DNA from: Bacteroidales bacterium
GTDB taxonomy: Bacteria > Bacteroidota > Bacteroidia > Bacteroidales > F082
Length of the DNA: 64,000 bases
Assembly: GCA_024400295.1 (NCBI GenBank)
Contig: JAKSNA010000002.1
Coordinates: 31,707 to 95,706, forward strand
Direction of reading: 5' to 3'
The notes beneath the pieces were generated by a model. The model was given only the letters and a program-made list of their open reading frames with translations. It did not search any database and was not told the origin of the DNA. Below are positions 1 through 11,588 of the stretch, piece after piece. How positions within the stretch are numbered: position 1 is the first letter of the stretch; each line of letters starts with the position of its first letter. The position numbers were made by a program, and so were the translations under genes.

Positions 1-1
1 T

Positions 2-2959
2 GACGATACCGAAATATATTATTCGGCTTACATCCAGAAAGACGCCGCCGACGCGCAGTTCGCCTCAGGCTGGCTCACCGAATTGTATAAAGTGCCGGTC
101 AATGGAGGCCGCCCGCAGCAGGTGACAGCCGCCACGGTGTGCTCGGTTTCATTTGACGAAGATGGCGAATCGTTCCTTTATTACGACAGAAAAGGCAGCG
201 AAAACATCTGGCGCAAACATCAGACCTCATCGGTGGCCCGCGACCTCGTCTATTACAACGCCAAAGAAAAATCTCATAAGATATTGACAACCAATGTCGG
301 AGAAGACCGTGACCCGATTTTCATGCCGGGCTTCCAGAATGTCGTTTTCCTCAGCGAGCGCGACGGGAGAAGCCAGAATGTCTATATGATGCCGTTAAAA
401 CGCGCCAGCGTGACAGGTGAGGTTGACGAAAATGGCAACAAGAACCCGATCCCGCTCCCGATGATCCAGCAGGTGACCGACTTCCCGACTTATCCCGTCA
501 GATTCTTGAGCGTCGCCGACAATGGGATGCTGTGCTACGGCTATCAAGGTGAGATTTATACGCAGATGATTGGCGGCGAACCGAAAAAGGTTGAGATTGA
601 GATAGTTAACGACCAGGAGAATGTTGTTGAACGCGGTAAATTCGGCGGCGCCTCCGAACTCACAATCACACCCGACGGCGACTTGGTTGCCTTCGTGTCA
701 CGCGGCGAGATTTTCGTCACGACAGACGAATATCAGACCACAAAGCAAATCACCCACACCGCCGCAGCCGAAGGTCAGCCGTGCTTCTCGCCTGATGGCA
801 AGTCGTTGATTTACACTTCTGAACGTGACGGATATTACAATATTTACATGGCAAAGATGCCTCGCAAGGAGGACCTGAATTTCGCATACGCGACCCTCAT
901 TGAAGAGGAGGCACTCTTCGGTTACGACGGCGTTGAGCGCACCGTGCCGCAGTTCTCGCCCGACGGAAAAGAAGTGGCTTTCCTCGAAAACCGGAACATT
1001 TTGAAAGTCGTGAATCTCGAATCGAAGAAAGTCCGTCAGATTACCGACGGCACGCAGCATTACGGTAATTCCGACTATGAGATTGAATATCAATGGTCTC
1101 CCGACGGGAAATGGTTAGCCTTGACGCTCATTACAAACATGCGCGACCCGTATTCTGATGTCGGCATCGTCTCCGCTGACGGCGACATGAAAATTCATAA
1201 CATCACAAACGACGGTTACATCACCGGCGGCCCGCGCTGGGCTTTGGACGGCAACGCAATCACTTTCTATTCAAATCGTTACGGCATGCGCTCACACGCT
1301 TCTTGGGGCAGCCAGAACGATGCCTTCATCTGTTTCTTGAATCAGGACGCTTACGATAAATTCCGTCTTTCGAAAGAAGATTACGAACTTTTGAAAAAAG
1401 AAGAGAAGGCTTTGAATAATGAGAAGAAGGATGATAAGAAAGATGAAAAGAAGGATAAAAAAGACAAGAAGGAAGAGATGAAACCGATTGATATTGAATT
1501 GGATAGACTTGATGAACGCATAATACGCCTCACTCCGATGTCGTCGCGTCTTTCGGGTGCTGTCCTCTCGAAGGAAGGCGACAAACTTTATTTCTTGAGT
1601 GCCTTCGAGAAAGGCTACGACCTTTGGGAGCTTGATGTCCGTGAGAAATCGACGAAGATTTTGAAGAAACTCGGCGGCGGCGGCGCTGAACTTGTTTTGA
1701 ACAAGAAAGGTGACAACATCTATGTGCTGAGCGGCGGCAACCTTCAGAAAATCGACGCGAAAGGAGGGAAGGCCACACCTATTATATATGATGCGACGAT
1801 GGAACTCGACCGCGCCGCCGAACGCGAATACATGTTTAATCACGTGTTCCTTCAGGAAAGCAAACGTCTTTTCCGCCGCGACCACAACGGTGCTGATTTC
1901 AGGCAAATCAAAGTGGATTTCTATCCGTTCCTCGAACATATCAACAACAATTACGATTTCGCTGAATTGCTGAGCGAGGTCCTCGGTGAACTCAATGTTT
2001 CTCACTCCGGTTCGGGCTATCGTCCTGATAGCGATGGCGATGCGACCGCACAACTCGGTCTTCTCTTCGATTGGAATTATGAAAAAGACGGACTTTTCAT
2101 TGAGGAGGTTCTCGAATATGGCCCGTTCGACAAGAAAGTCTCAAAAGTGAAATCCGGCGACATCATCGAAAAAATTGACGGCGTTGAAATCAAGAAAGGC
2201 ATGGACTATTTCCCGCTTCTGAACAAGAAATCCGGCAAGAAAGTGCTCGTTTCGGTTTACAGCCCCAAGTCGAAAGAGCGTTGGGAGGAAGTCGTGAAAC
2301 CTATTTCGAGAGGGACGCAAAATGATCTGTTGTACAAACGCTGGATAAAACGTAATGCGCAAGTCGTTGACAGTCTGTCAGATGGCCGTCTCGGCTACGT
2401 TCATATCAAGAGTATGGGCGACGCGAGTTACCGCGATGTCTATGCCGACATTCTCGGAAAATACAACAAGCGCGAGGGCATTGTCATCGACACTCGTTTC
2501 AACGGCGGCGGACGTCTGCACGAAGACATCGAGATTCTTTTCTCCGGTGAGAAATATCTCGAACAGGTCATCCGCGACTCCGTGTCTTGCGTGATGCCGT
2601 CGCGTCGTTATAACAAGCCTTCAATCATGATTGTAGGTGAGGCGAACTACAGCAACGCGCACGGGACGCCGTGGGTTTACAAGCATAAAGGCATTGGCAA
2701 ACTCGTGGGTATGCCTGTCCCCGGAACGATGAGCAGCGTCACGTGGGAGACACTGCAAGACAACTCATTATATTTCGGACTTCCTGTCATCGGCTATCGT
2801 ACACAAGAAGGCAACTACTTGGAAAACAGTCAGTTGGAGCCAGACATCAAGGTGAAGAACACGCCTGAGAAACTTGCACAAGGCATCGACGAACAACTTG
2901 AAGCCGCCGTGAAGGAGTTGCTCAAGGAAGTTGACGAATTTGAATATTGGGGGAAGTAA
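2..2959 (+). CDS. Tricorn-type protease homologue (S41 peptidase with TolB-like beta-propellers and PDZ domain); 5' end outside window
   Basis: Frame already open at nt 2 (DDTEIYYSAYIQ... precedes first Met at 83); repeated FSPDGK / WSPDGKW propeller motifs; PDZ-like GDIIEKIDGVEI; C-terminal IVIDTRFNGGG and GEANYSNAHG peptidase region. Confidence 0.75.
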   Translation, partial: DDTEIYYSAYIQKDAADAQFASGWLTELYKVPVNGGRPQQVTAATVCSVSFDEDGESFLYYDRKGSENIWRKHQTSSVARDLVYYNAKEKSHKILTTNVGEDRDPIFMPGFQNVVFLSERDGRSQNVYMMPLKRASVTGEVDENGNKNPIPLPMIQQVTDFPTYPVRFLSVADNGMLCYGYQGEIYTQMIGGEPKKVEIEIVNDQENVVERGKFGGASELTITPDGDLVAFVSRGEIFVTTDEYQTTKQITHTAAAEGQPCFSPDGKSLIYTSERDGYYNIYMAKMPRKEDLNFAYATLIEEEALFGYDGVERTVPQFSPDGKEVAFLENRNILKVVNLESKKVRQITDGTQHYGNSDYEIEYQWSPDGKWLALTLITNMRDPYSDVGIVSADGDMKIHNITNDGYITGGPRWALDGNAITFYSNRYGMRSHASWGSQNDAFICFLNQDAYDKFRLSKEDYELLKKEEKALNNEKKDDKKDEKKDKKDKKEEMKPIDIELDRLDERIIRLTPMSSRLSGAVLSKEGDKLYFLSAFEKGYDLWELDVREKSTKILKKLGGGGAELVLNKKGDNIYVLSGGNLQKIDAKGGKATPIIYDATMELDRAAEREYMFNHVFLQESKRLFRRDHNGADFRQIKVDFYPFLEHINNNYDFAELLSEVLGELNVSHSGSGYRPDSDGDATAQLGLLFDWNYEKDGLFIEEVLEYGPFDKKVSKVKSGDIIEKIDGVEIKKGMDYFPLLNKKSGKKVLVSVYSPKSKERWEEVVKPISRGTQNDLLYKRWIKRNAQVVDSLSDGRLGYVHIKSMGDASYRDVYADILGKYNKREGIVIDTRFNGGGRLHEDIEILFSGEKYLEQVIRDSVSCVMPSRRYNKPSIMIVGEANYSNAHGTPWVYKHKGIGKLVGMPVPGTMSSVTWETLQDNSLYFGLPVIGYRTQEGNYLENSQLEPDIKVKNTPEKLAQGIDEQLEAAVKELLKEVDEFEYWGK

Positions 2960-3020
2960 GCCAATCCGAAAGACAACGGGATTTTGGAGAGATGGCGTTG
3001 TGGTTCCGCGATGCGTCGGC

Positions 3021-4187
3021 TCACCATCCCTTCGGCTTTGAGATCGTGTTTCTTATTCCCAAAAACGTGGTGAAAAGTACGAAGAAGATGTCGTAAACAG
3101 GCGCGAGAGCGAGACCTAACCTCTTCTCGCCAAGCTGCATCGCCGACTTGTAGTAAACCGTGAACATGCTGCCGTAATGTGCTGCCATGAATGCCGCCAT
3201 GATCACGTAGAAATAATAGCTGCCTGCGGTGATGTCGAAGGCGTGCGGAAGACAGAACAGCGCGGTCAGTGATGCGTAGTAGGCCAACCTGCTCGTCAGC
3301 AATGTCCCTAATATCCTGTTTGTCAGCGGTTTGTACATATTGACGGTGGAGTAGTGACGGCGTTTCTGTCGCACCCAGTTGCCGAAAGCGTGTTTCGGCT
3401 CCGACTCGATCCTGCTCTTCGGGTCGATGAATATGCGGGTGTTGCCGCTGTTCGCCACCTGGCTTATGAAGATGTCATCGTCGCCCGACGGGATGTTGTA
3501 ATGCGAGGTGAAACCTTTGTTCTTGTAGAACAGCTCGCGGCGGTACGAGAGGTTGCGTCCAACGCCCATATACGGTTTCTTCGCCAGAGCCATCGAGAGA
3601 TATTGCATCGCAGTGTAAAGAGTGTCGAAGCGTATCAGCTTGTTGAGCAGGCCTTTGCGTTCAAAATACGGGCCGTAGCCAAGCACTACCTCCGTGCCTT
3701 TGCGGTACGTGCCGACCATGTTCCGGATCCATTGGTTGTCGGTCGGCAAACAGTCGGCGTCGGTGAGAAGCAGCAGGTCGTGGCTTGCCGACTTGATGCC
3801 CATGCTGAGCGGGAATTTCTTGCCGTGGAAGAAGTTGAGGTGTTGTGTCAGCGTGACAACATTTATTTCAGGATGGACGCGCACAAGCTCCTTCAGATAT
3901 TCTGTCGTCTCATCGGTTGAGCAGTCGTTGACGATGACAATCTCATAATCAGGATAATCCTGCGACATCAGCATCGGGACAAGGTCGATGAGGTATTCGT
4001 ATGCGTCGCGGGCGCAGACTATCACCGAGACAGGCTCGAGGCTCACCGCGCCGTCGCTTTCATATTTGTCTTTGTTGAAGAACGCCAGCCGGCTGAAAAG
4101 CCCCCAATAGTATCCGAGCTGTATCAGCCATGACAAGATGAAAATTCCTAAAATGGTGAGAACCAATATGTTGTTTGTGAAAACCAT
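3021..4187 (-). CDS. Family 2 glycosyltransferase, membrane-anchored
   Basis: VSVIVCARDAYEYL...DYEIVIVNDCSTDET GT2 signature, LLLTDADC, flanking TM helices. ORF-track start 4229 is TTG; first ATG (4187) lies 28 nt below a TAnnTTTG box. Confidence 0.8.
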   Translation of the reverse strand: MVFTNNILVLTILGIFILSWLIQLGYYWGLFSRLAFFNKDKYESDGAVSLEPVSVIVCARDAYEYLIDLVPMLMSQDYPDYEIVIVNDCSTDETTEYLKELVRVHPEINVVTLTQHLNFFHGKKFPLSMGIKSASHDLLLLTDADCLPTDNQWIRNMVGTYRKGTEVVLGYGPYFERKGLLNKLIRFDTLYTAMQYLSMALAKKPYMGVGRNLSYRRELFYKNKGFTSHYNIPSGDDDIFISQVANSGNTRIFIDPKSRIESEPKHAFGNWVRQKRRHYSTVNMYKPLTNRILGTLLTSRLAYYASLTALFCLPHAFDITAGSYYFYVIMAAFMAAHYGSMFTVYYKSAMQLGEKRLGLALAPVYDIFFVLFTTFLGIRNTISKPKGW

Positions 4188-4215
4188 GTTGCTTTGATTT
4201 TTAAATTTCAGGATG

Positions 4216-4223
4216 CAAAAATA
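4216..4223 (-). promoter_or_regulatory. -7 promoter box, GT2 gene
   Basis: TATTTTTG on minus strand, ATG 4187. Confidence 0.5.
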
Positions 4224-4362
4224 ATCCAAATTTTGAAATTGACAACCTCAATCTTCTGTCATGTTTTAAAAATCATTCTTGCAATACCCGTCATGAAACC
4301 CCAATCTTGAAAAAACTTTCAAACTTTATGTCTTTTGAACTATATAGCTTTGAAAACTTTCT

Positions 4363-4370
4363 TAATTTTG
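4363..4370 (+). promoter_or_regulatory. Bacteroidetes -7 promoter box (TAnnTTTG), tgt
   Basis: TAATTTTG, ATG 15 nt downstream. Confidence 0.55.
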
Positions 4371-4384
4371 CGCAAAATTTTCTG

Positions 4385-5518
<1,134 letters not shown>

Positions 5519-5533
5519 CTGTGACAAAGAACT

Positions 5534-6607
5534 ATGACAAAGATTGACTGGTACATATTCTGGAAATATATCGGCACGTTCGTGTTCGCCATCAGCCTGC
5601 TGATCGTGGTCGTCATCGTGTTCGATGTGTCGGAGAACGTCGGAGATTTCATCAAGAACCACGCGACACTGAAAGAGGTCGTGTTTGATTTTTACATCCC
5701 GTTCATACCATACTTCATAAATCTTTTCATCTTCCTGTTCACCTTCATCTCGGTCATTTTCTTCACCTCGAAGATGGCCGGTCACACAGAGATAATCGCG
5801 ATCCTGAGCAGCGGCGTGAGCTTCTGGAGGTTGTTGAAGCCGTACATGGTGGCGGCATTGTTGCTCGCTGGGGTGTCGTTTTACCTCGGCAACTTCCTGA
5901 TCCCGCATACCGACAAGGTCAGGAGGGAGTTCAAGAATAAATACATCACCAACTTGGCGAGGAGCGCCGGCTTGAATATTCACGCGCAAATCAGCCCCGA
6001 CACATACGTCTATGTCTCAAGCTATGACGTGAAACGGCAGACAGGTTACAAATTCACCATGGAAAAGTTTGAAAAACAAACGATGACATATAAGATAACG
6101 AGTGACAAGGTGGTGTATGACAGTATCAATGACAAGTGGAACATAGTGAATTACGTGGAGCATTTCATGGCACCCGAAGAATATCTCGTCAGAGGCAAGT
6201 CGAAGGACACCACGATATTGCTACGGCCGACGGATCTGTACAATATCCTGGAGGATTATGAGGAGATGGACTTGATACAGCTCAAGCATCATATTGATTA
6301 TCAGAAGATGAAAGGTGCCGACAATGTGTTGATTTATGAGATAGAGATGCACAAGCGTCTCGCGTCGCCGGCAGCCATCATCATCCTCACGCTCATTGGC
6401 GCCGCGTTGTCGAGCCGTAAGACAAGGGGCGGCATGGGACTTCATCTTGGCATCGGTATCACAATCACTTTCACTTATATTCTCTTGCTCGAATTCTCGC
6501 GCGTCTTCGCCATGTCGGGCGGGATGTCGCCGGTCGTCGCCGGCTGGATACCCAACATAATTTTCTCGATAGTAGGAATATATTTCATAATAAAAGCACC
6601 TAAATAA
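5534..6607 (+). CDS. LptF/LptG-family LPS export permease (YjgP/YjgQ)
   Basis: N-terminal MTKIDWYIFWKYIGTFVF pattern, 6 TM segments around a central periplasmic domain; sits next to kdsB. Confidence 0.75.
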   Translation: MTKIDWYIFWKYIGTFVFAISLLIVVVIVFDVSENVGDFIKNHATLKEVVFDFYIPFIPYFINLFIFLFTFISVIFFTSKMAGHTEIIAILSSGVSFWRLLKPYMVAALLLAGVSFYLGNFLIPHTDKVRREFKNKYITNLARSAGLNIHAQISPDTYVYVSSYDVKRQTGYKFTMEKFEKQTMTYKITSDKVVYDSINDKWNIVNYVEHFMAPEEYLVRGKSKDTTILLRPTDLYNILEDYEEMDLIQLKHHIDYQKMKGADNVLIYEIEMHKRLASPAAIIILTLIGAALSSRKTRGGMGLHLGIGITITFTYILLLEFSRVFAMSGGMSPVVAGWIPNIIFSIVGIYFIIKAPK

Positions 6608-6616
6608 TTAAATATC

Positions 6617-7228
6617 ATGCATATCGCTATAGCTGGAAACATCGGCTCAGGCAAGACAACCCTGACACGCCTCCTTGCGAAACATTTCGGATGGAAGCCT
6701 CATTTCGAGGAGGTTGACAACAACCCTTATCTCGAAAGTTTTTACGATGACATGCAACGCTGGTCGTTTAACCTTCAGGTATTCTTCCTCAACAGCAGAC
6801 TCCGTCAGGTCCTAGACATTCGCAAAAGTGGCGAAGACATCGTCCAAGACCGCACGATCTATGAAGATGCGTACATCTTCGCCGCAAACCTCTACGACAT
6901 GGGACTCATGGAGACACGCGACTACGAGAACTACCAGTCGCTCTTCGAACTCATGACATCGTTCATACAGGCACCAGACCTGCTTATCTATCTTAAGGCC
7001 AGCGTCCCGACACTCGTCAGACAAATCCAGAAACGTAACCGCGACTACGAACAGTCGATACGCCTCGACTACCTCAAGGCGCTGAACAAACGCTACGAAA
7101 ACTGGATCTCCAACTACGATAAGGGCAAACTGCTCATCATCGAGAGCGATGACCTCGAGTTAGAGAACCCCGATGACCTCAGCGTCGTGATAGAGAAAGT
7201 CAATGCGTCGTTAAACGGATTGTTTTGA
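6617..7228 (+). CDS. Deoxynucleoside kinase
   Basis: P-loop IAGNIGSGKTTL, NPYLESFYDDMQRWSFNLQVFFLNSR, DRTIYED (dNK family pattern). Confidence 0.85.
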   Translation: MHIAIAGNIGSGKTTLTRLLAKHFGWKPHFEEVDNNPYLESFYDDMQRWSFNLQVFFLNSRLRQVLDIRKSGEDIVQDRTIYEDAYIFAANLYDMGLMETRDYENYQSLFELMTSFIQAPDLLIYLKASVPTLVRQIQKRNRDYEQSIRLDYLKALNKRYENWISNYDKGKLLIIESDDLELENPDDLSVVIEKVNASLNGLF

Positions 7229-7230
7229 TT

Positions 7231-7977
7231 ATGAAGATATTAGGAATAATACCTGCCCGCTACGGCTCAAGCCGCTTCGAGGGCAAGCCACTCGCTCTCA
7301 TCAATGGCAGGATGATGATACAACGCGTCTATGAACAGGCAAAGAAAGCCGACAGACTCGCAGAGGTGGTTGTCGCCACCGATGACCGGCGTATCTATGA
7401 TGCCGTCGTGAACTTCGGCGGAAAGGTAGTGATGACGTCATCGAACCATAAAAGCGGGACCGACAGATGCCGTGAGGTTGTCGAGAAAGTGGGAGCCGGC
7501 TTCGATGCCGTTATCAATATACAAGGTGATGAGCCTTATATCAATCCGCTGCAAATCAATCAGATAGCCGCTTTGATTTCGGATGATGACACACAGATAG
7601 CATCACTTTGCAAGCCAATTCGTGACATTGATGAACTGCTCAGCCATAACGCAGTGAAAGTGGTCGTAGATAAAAACGGCAAGGCCTTGTATTTCAGCAG
7701 ATATACCATCCCGTTCCAGAGAAACGAAACAGACACCACAAAGTGGATGCAGCTGCGCACTTATTACAAACATATCGGGATTTATGCGTATAAGTCACAG
7801 ATACTCAAAGAAATATCTGCACTTCCGCAGTCGGGACTCGAGATGTCGGAGGCACTCGAACAACTGCGTTGGCTCGAAAACGGATATGCCGTCAGAATGG
7901 GTGTCACCGAGTATGAGAGCTATTCCGTTGATGTCCCCGATGACATCAAAAAGATTGAAACGGTTTTCAAAGATTGA
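7231..7977 (+). CDS. kdsB: 3-deoxy-manno-octulosonate cytidylyltransferase (CMP-KDO synthetase)
   Basis: IIPARYGSSRFEGKPL, VVVATDD, NIQGDEPYI motifs. ATG at 7231; track start 7225 is TTG overlapping the upstream stop. Confidence 0.9.
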   Translation: MKILGIIPARYGSSRFEGKPLALINGRMMIQRVYEQAKKADRLAEVVVATDDRRIYDAVVNFGGKVVMTSSNHKSGTDRCREVVEKVGAGFDAVINIQGDEPYINPLQINQIAALISDDDTQIASLCKPIRDIDELLSHNAVKVVVDKNGKALYFSRYTIPFQRNETDTTKWMQLRTYYKHIGIYAYKSQILKEISALPQSGLEMSEALEQLRWLENGYAVRMGVTEYESYSVDVPDDIKKIETVFKD

Positions 7978-8046
7978 TTTTTTCAGGAAGCGGGAGATTG
8001 TTGATAAATTATTTTTTCTGATGCTTTCAGATATGTCGGAAAAGTG

Positions 8047-8054
8047 TAAATTTG
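8047..8054 (+). promoter_or_regulatory. -7 promoter box, SPOR gene
   Basis: TAAATTTG, ATG 41 nt downstream. Confidence 0.5.
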
Positions 8055-8094
8055 CACTCGAAATTTTTTTTGTTCCATCTAAAAGATATCGTTG

Positions 8095-9162
8095 ATGAAC
8101 ACTCTGATAATTAAATGTTTAGCTGAGCTTATGCATGATTGCGAATGCGTGATTGTGCCTGAACTCGGTGCTTTTGTCTCCAACGTATGCCCCGCGCGGT
8201 TAGACTACGCGGTGCATCGCCTCACCCCGCCAACCAAAGAGTTCGCCTTCAACGCGCAACTCGTCTCCGATGACGGAGTCTTTGCCGGTTATCTCAGTGA
8301 AAGACTGCATATTACTAAACAGGAAGCCGCCGAAAGACTGCACGCGTTCGCAATGCAGTGCCTCGCGGTTTTGGAAGTGGAGAAGGAACTTAAACTTGAA
8401 GGTATCGGAAAACTTTATTACATTAACAGTCAGACTATTACGTTCACTGCCGACAATAATGTGAATTTCTGCGGTGATTCTTTCGGACTTGATGTCTTCA
8501 CTGTTCAGCCGATATACAGGAGTGAGACTTACAGTGAGGTCAAGGCTGTGGTTGAGGAGCGGCAGAAGGTTAAGAACACGCCGGTGAGTGTGGCGGAGGA
8601 AGCCGCCGGTGACAAGCCTCACCGCGTGACACGCACCAATTACAAATGGTACCGCATGGCGGCTTATTCCGCTGTTATCGCGACGGCGTTGCTGCTGCTC
8701 GGTTGGGGCGCGGAGAAAAAAGACTCTCGGCTCGCAGCATGGAACCCGTTCTTCTTCTCTTCTCCTAATGAGTTCGTGGCCAAGCTTTTAAACGACAAAT
8801 ACAACGCACGCGAGACGTTCATCGTGGAACCATTAGAATCGGTGAAGGCTGATATGTCGGTTCTCGAACACGAGATGGAACTTGTTGAGAAAACCATTGT
8901 GTTTGAAGATGTTAAACCGTTGGAGGAAGTGAATTATTACAGCGTGATAGGTGGTTCGTTCGACAATGTCGCCGCAGCTGAAAGATGCGTCGCGAAGTTC
9001 AAGGCGATGGGTTTTGAGAAAGCAACGGTGCTCCCGTTGAACAAAAAAGGCAATTATCGTGTTGAATACGAAGCTGTCGCCGGCAAGGAAGCGGCAATGG
9101 CACGACTTGAAACAATAAGAGATAAATACAATAAGTCCGCTTGGATTTTGATAAAAAAATAA
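8095..9162 (+). CDS. SPOR-domain protein with N-terminal HU-like domain and one TM helix
   Basis: C-terminal YYSVIGGSFDNVAAAERCVAKFKAMGFEKATVL...YRVEYEAVAGKEAAMARL SPOR-like repeat; central TM (AAYSAVIATALLLLGWG). Confidence 0.65.
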   Translation: MNTLIIKCLAELMHDCECVIVPELGAFVSNVCPARLDYAVHRLTPPTKEFAFNAQLVSDDGVFAGYLSERLHITKQEAAERLHAFAMQCLAVLEVEKELKLEGIGKLYYINSQTITFTADNNVNFCGDSFGLDVFTVQPIYRSETYSEVKAVVEERQKVKNTPVSVAEEAAGDKPHRVTRTNYKWYRMAAYSAVIATALLLLGWGAEKKDSRLAAWNPFFFSSPNEFVAKLLNDKYNARETFIVEPLESVKADMSVLEHEMELVEKTIVFEDVKPLEEVNYYSVIGGSFDNVAAAERCVAKFKAMGFEKATVLPLNKKGNYRVEYEAVAGKEAAMARLETIRDKYNKSAWILIKK

Positions 9163-9166
9163 AAAG

Positions 9167-9832
9167 GTGGGTAAGAAAAACAAACTTGAGCGTTTCGCCG
9201 AATGCAAGACTTTCCCGAACATGTTTGAATATTCGTTCGAGCGTCTTCATGATGAGAAATTCCCTTACAAAGGGAAGTGGCGTGAGTTTTTCGGCAACGA
9301 CAACCCGATAATTCTGGAGCTCGGCTGTGGAAAAGGCGAATACACGATAGGCTTGGCGAAGGCGCATCCAGAGAACAACTACATAGGTGTTGACATCAAG
9401 GGCGCGAGGATGTGGGTAGGGCTGAGGCAAGGATTGGAGTCGGACCTGAAGAATGTGGCGTTCGTGCGCACCCGCATCGAGCTGATAGAGAACTTCTTCG
9501 ACAAAGACGAAATATCCGAGATATGGATCACTTTCCCTGACCCTCAGATACTTAAGGCTCGCAAACGCCTTACCGCAATGCCGTATATCAACAGATACCG
9601 CACCTTCCTGAAAAAAGACGGCTACGTCAATCTGAAGACCGACAGCGACCTGCTCTATGAGTTTACCTTGGATGTCATCAAGGAAAACAACTTCCCGATA
9701 GTTTACAATTACAACGACCTTTATGCGAACGACGATGACCTTGAGGTGAAGTCAATCAGGACGTACTACGAAGGTATCTGGCTCGGACAGGGCTTGACAA
9801 TCAAATACTTGAAATACCAGATTAATCATTAG
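9167..9832 (+). CDS. trmB: tRNA (guanine46-N7)-methyltransferase
   Basis: GTG start. MGKKNKLERFAECKTFPNMFE N-terminus, ILELGCGKGEYTIGLA SAM motif, FPDPQ. Confidence 0.88.
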   Translation: MGKKNKLERFAECKTFPNMFEYSFERLHDEKFPYKGKWREFFGNDNPIILELGCGKGEYTIGLAKAHPENNYIGVDIKGARMWVGLRQGLESDLKNVAFVRTRIELIENFFDKDEISEIWITFPDPQILKARKRLTAMPYINRYRTFLKKDGYVNLKTDSDLLYEFTLDVIKENNFPIVYNYNDLYANDDDLEVKSIRTYYEGIWLGQGLTIKYLKYQINH

Positions 9833-10481
9833 CGACATCCTTGAGCATCGGCACGAACTTGCATTCCCCGAACTCTTCGCGTCTCAAAGAACCGTCTTCC
9901 TGTTTGGTAAGACGCAGCATCTTTTGTTTCATGGCATCTGTCTCATCGTTGAGCGGTATGACCATGATGCCGCCTGTCCTCAGCTGGTTCACAAGGTCTT
10001 GTGGGATTTCCGGTGCCGCCGCGGTGATGATGACTCTGTCGAACGGTTTGAACATGGGCAGCCCTTTGTTGCCGTCGCCGAGGAAAGTCTTGATGTGATA
10101 AGGAAACTCAGCAAGAAGAGGCTTCGTCTTGTTGTAAAGGTTTCGCTGGCGTTCGACGGTGAATACCTTCGCGCCCATCTGCGCCAGCACGCATGCCTGA
10201 TAGCCGGAGCCGGTGCCTATCTCAAGGACTTTCATGCCCTTCTCGACGGAAAGCAGCTGGCTCTGCATCGCCACAGTGAACGGCTGGGAGATGGTCTGCC
10301 CCGAACCTATCGGAAACGGACGGTCCTGATATGCGTATTCGATGAACGATGATTCCAAGAAAACATGCCGCGGCACAATGCCAATGGCGTTGAGAACGTT
10401 GACATCGCTAATTCCTTTATCCTTAAGTACTTGCACCAAGTTCTGGCGCATCCCCCTGTGACGGTAATTATCTTCCTGCAT
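9822..10481 (-). CDS. pcm: Protein-L-isoaspartate O-methyltransferase
   Basis: QTISQPFTVAMQ, VLEIGTGSGYQACVLA, ITAAAPEIPQ motifs; 11-nt convergent overlap with trmB. Confidence 0.88.
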   Translation of the reverse strand: MQEDNYRHRGMRQNLVQVLKDKGISDVNVLNAIGIVPRHVFLESSFIEYAYQDRPFPIGSGQTISQPFTVAMQSQLLSVEKGMKVLEIGTGSGYQACVLAQMGAKVFTVERQRNLYNKTKPLLAEFPYHIKTFLGDGNKGLPMFKPFDRVIITAAAPEIPQDLVNQLRTGGIMVIPLNDETDAMKQKMLRLTKQEDGSLRREEFGECKFVPMLKDVAND

Positions 10482-10518
10482 GGTGTGATTTTAATGTTGC
10501 GAAATTACAAAAAATTCG

Positions 10519-10526
10519 TAGATTTG
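10519..10526 (+). promoter_or_regulatory. -7 promoter box, oxidoreductase gene
   Basis: TAGATTTG, ATG 15 nt downstream. Confidence 0.55.
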
Positions 10527-10540
10527 CAAAAATTTTAGCA

Positions 10541-11542
10541 ATGTTAAAAATAGGTGTTTTAGGTGCAGGCCATCTCGGAAAAATCCATATCAACTGCATT
10601 AAACAGATTGAAAAATACCAGCTCGTCGGATTCTATGACCAAGATGCAAATACTGCAGGCAAGGTCGCTGCCGATATGGGCGTGACACATTATCCTTCAA
10701 TAGACGAACTTATTGATTCTGTTGACGTTGTTGACATCGTCACGCCAACGATAGCCCATTTCTCATGCGCCTCGAAAGCCATCGCCAAGGGCAAGAGCGT
10801 GTTCATCGAAAAACCGATTGTGGCGACGGTCGAACAAGCCAACGAACTCGTCAAGCTGGCGAAAGCTGCGGAGGTGAAAGTGCAAGTCGGCCATGTGGAA
10901 CGCTTCAACCCTGCCTTCATCGCGGCGGAACCGTTCATCAAAGACCCGCTGTTCATCGAGGTTCACCGCCTTGCAATGTTCAACCCGCGCGGCTGTGACG
11001 TGCCTGTCGTCCTCGACCTGACTGTGCACGACATCGACATACTGCTCACAATAGTGAAGTCGAAGATCAAGTCAATCGGCGCAAGCGGCGTGTCGATAGT
11101 AAGCCCTACACCAGACATCACGACAGCGAGGATAGAGTTCGAGAATGGCGCCGTGGCAAACCTGACAACAAGCCGCATCTCACTGAAGAACATGAGGAAA
11201 TTCCGTATCTTCCAGAAAGATGCCTATATCACAATGGATTTCCTGGATAAAAAAACAGAGGTCGTCAAGATAGAAGATGTTGATGGCACGCCCGGACCGT
11301 TTGACATGACAATCGACCTGCCTGGCGGGATAACTAAGAAAATCTCGGTTGAGGAATTGGAAATCAATCAGCTGAATGCCATCAAGACCGAACTTGAACG
11401 CTTCCATGATGCCATCGTGAACGACACGGAGCCACCCGTCACAATAGAGGATGGCGTGGAGGTGCTGAAAGTCGCGTACATGATCCTCGACGAAATCGGC
11501 AAACATCAGGATTTGCTTCAAAAACATCTTTCAAAACAATAA
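10541..11542 (+). CDS. Gfo/Idh/MocA-family NAD(P)-dependent oxidoreductase
   Basis: MLKIGVLGAGHLGKIH Rossmann N-terminus, EKP motif (FIEKPIV), family-typical length. Confidence 0.8.
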   Translation: MLKIGVLGAGHLGKIHINCIKQIEKYQLVGFYDQDANTAGKVAADMGVTHYPSIDELIDSVDVVDIVTPTIAHFSCASKAIAKGKSVFIEKPIVATVEQANELVKLAKAAEVKVQVGHVERFNPAFIAAEPFIKDPLFIEVHRLAMFNPRGCDVPVVLDLTVHDIDILLTIVKSKIKSIGASGVSIVSPTPDITTARIEFENGAVANLTTSRISLKNMRKFRIFQKDAYITMDFLDKKTEVVKIEDVDGTPGPFDMTIDLPGGITKKISVEELEINQLNAIKTELERFHDAIVNDTEPPVTIEDGVEVLKVAYMILDEIGKHQDLLQKHLSKQ

Positions 11543-11588
11543 AAAACGTCGGCTTCCGTTTGTGGTAAAACGAAATGAAAATTGCAAT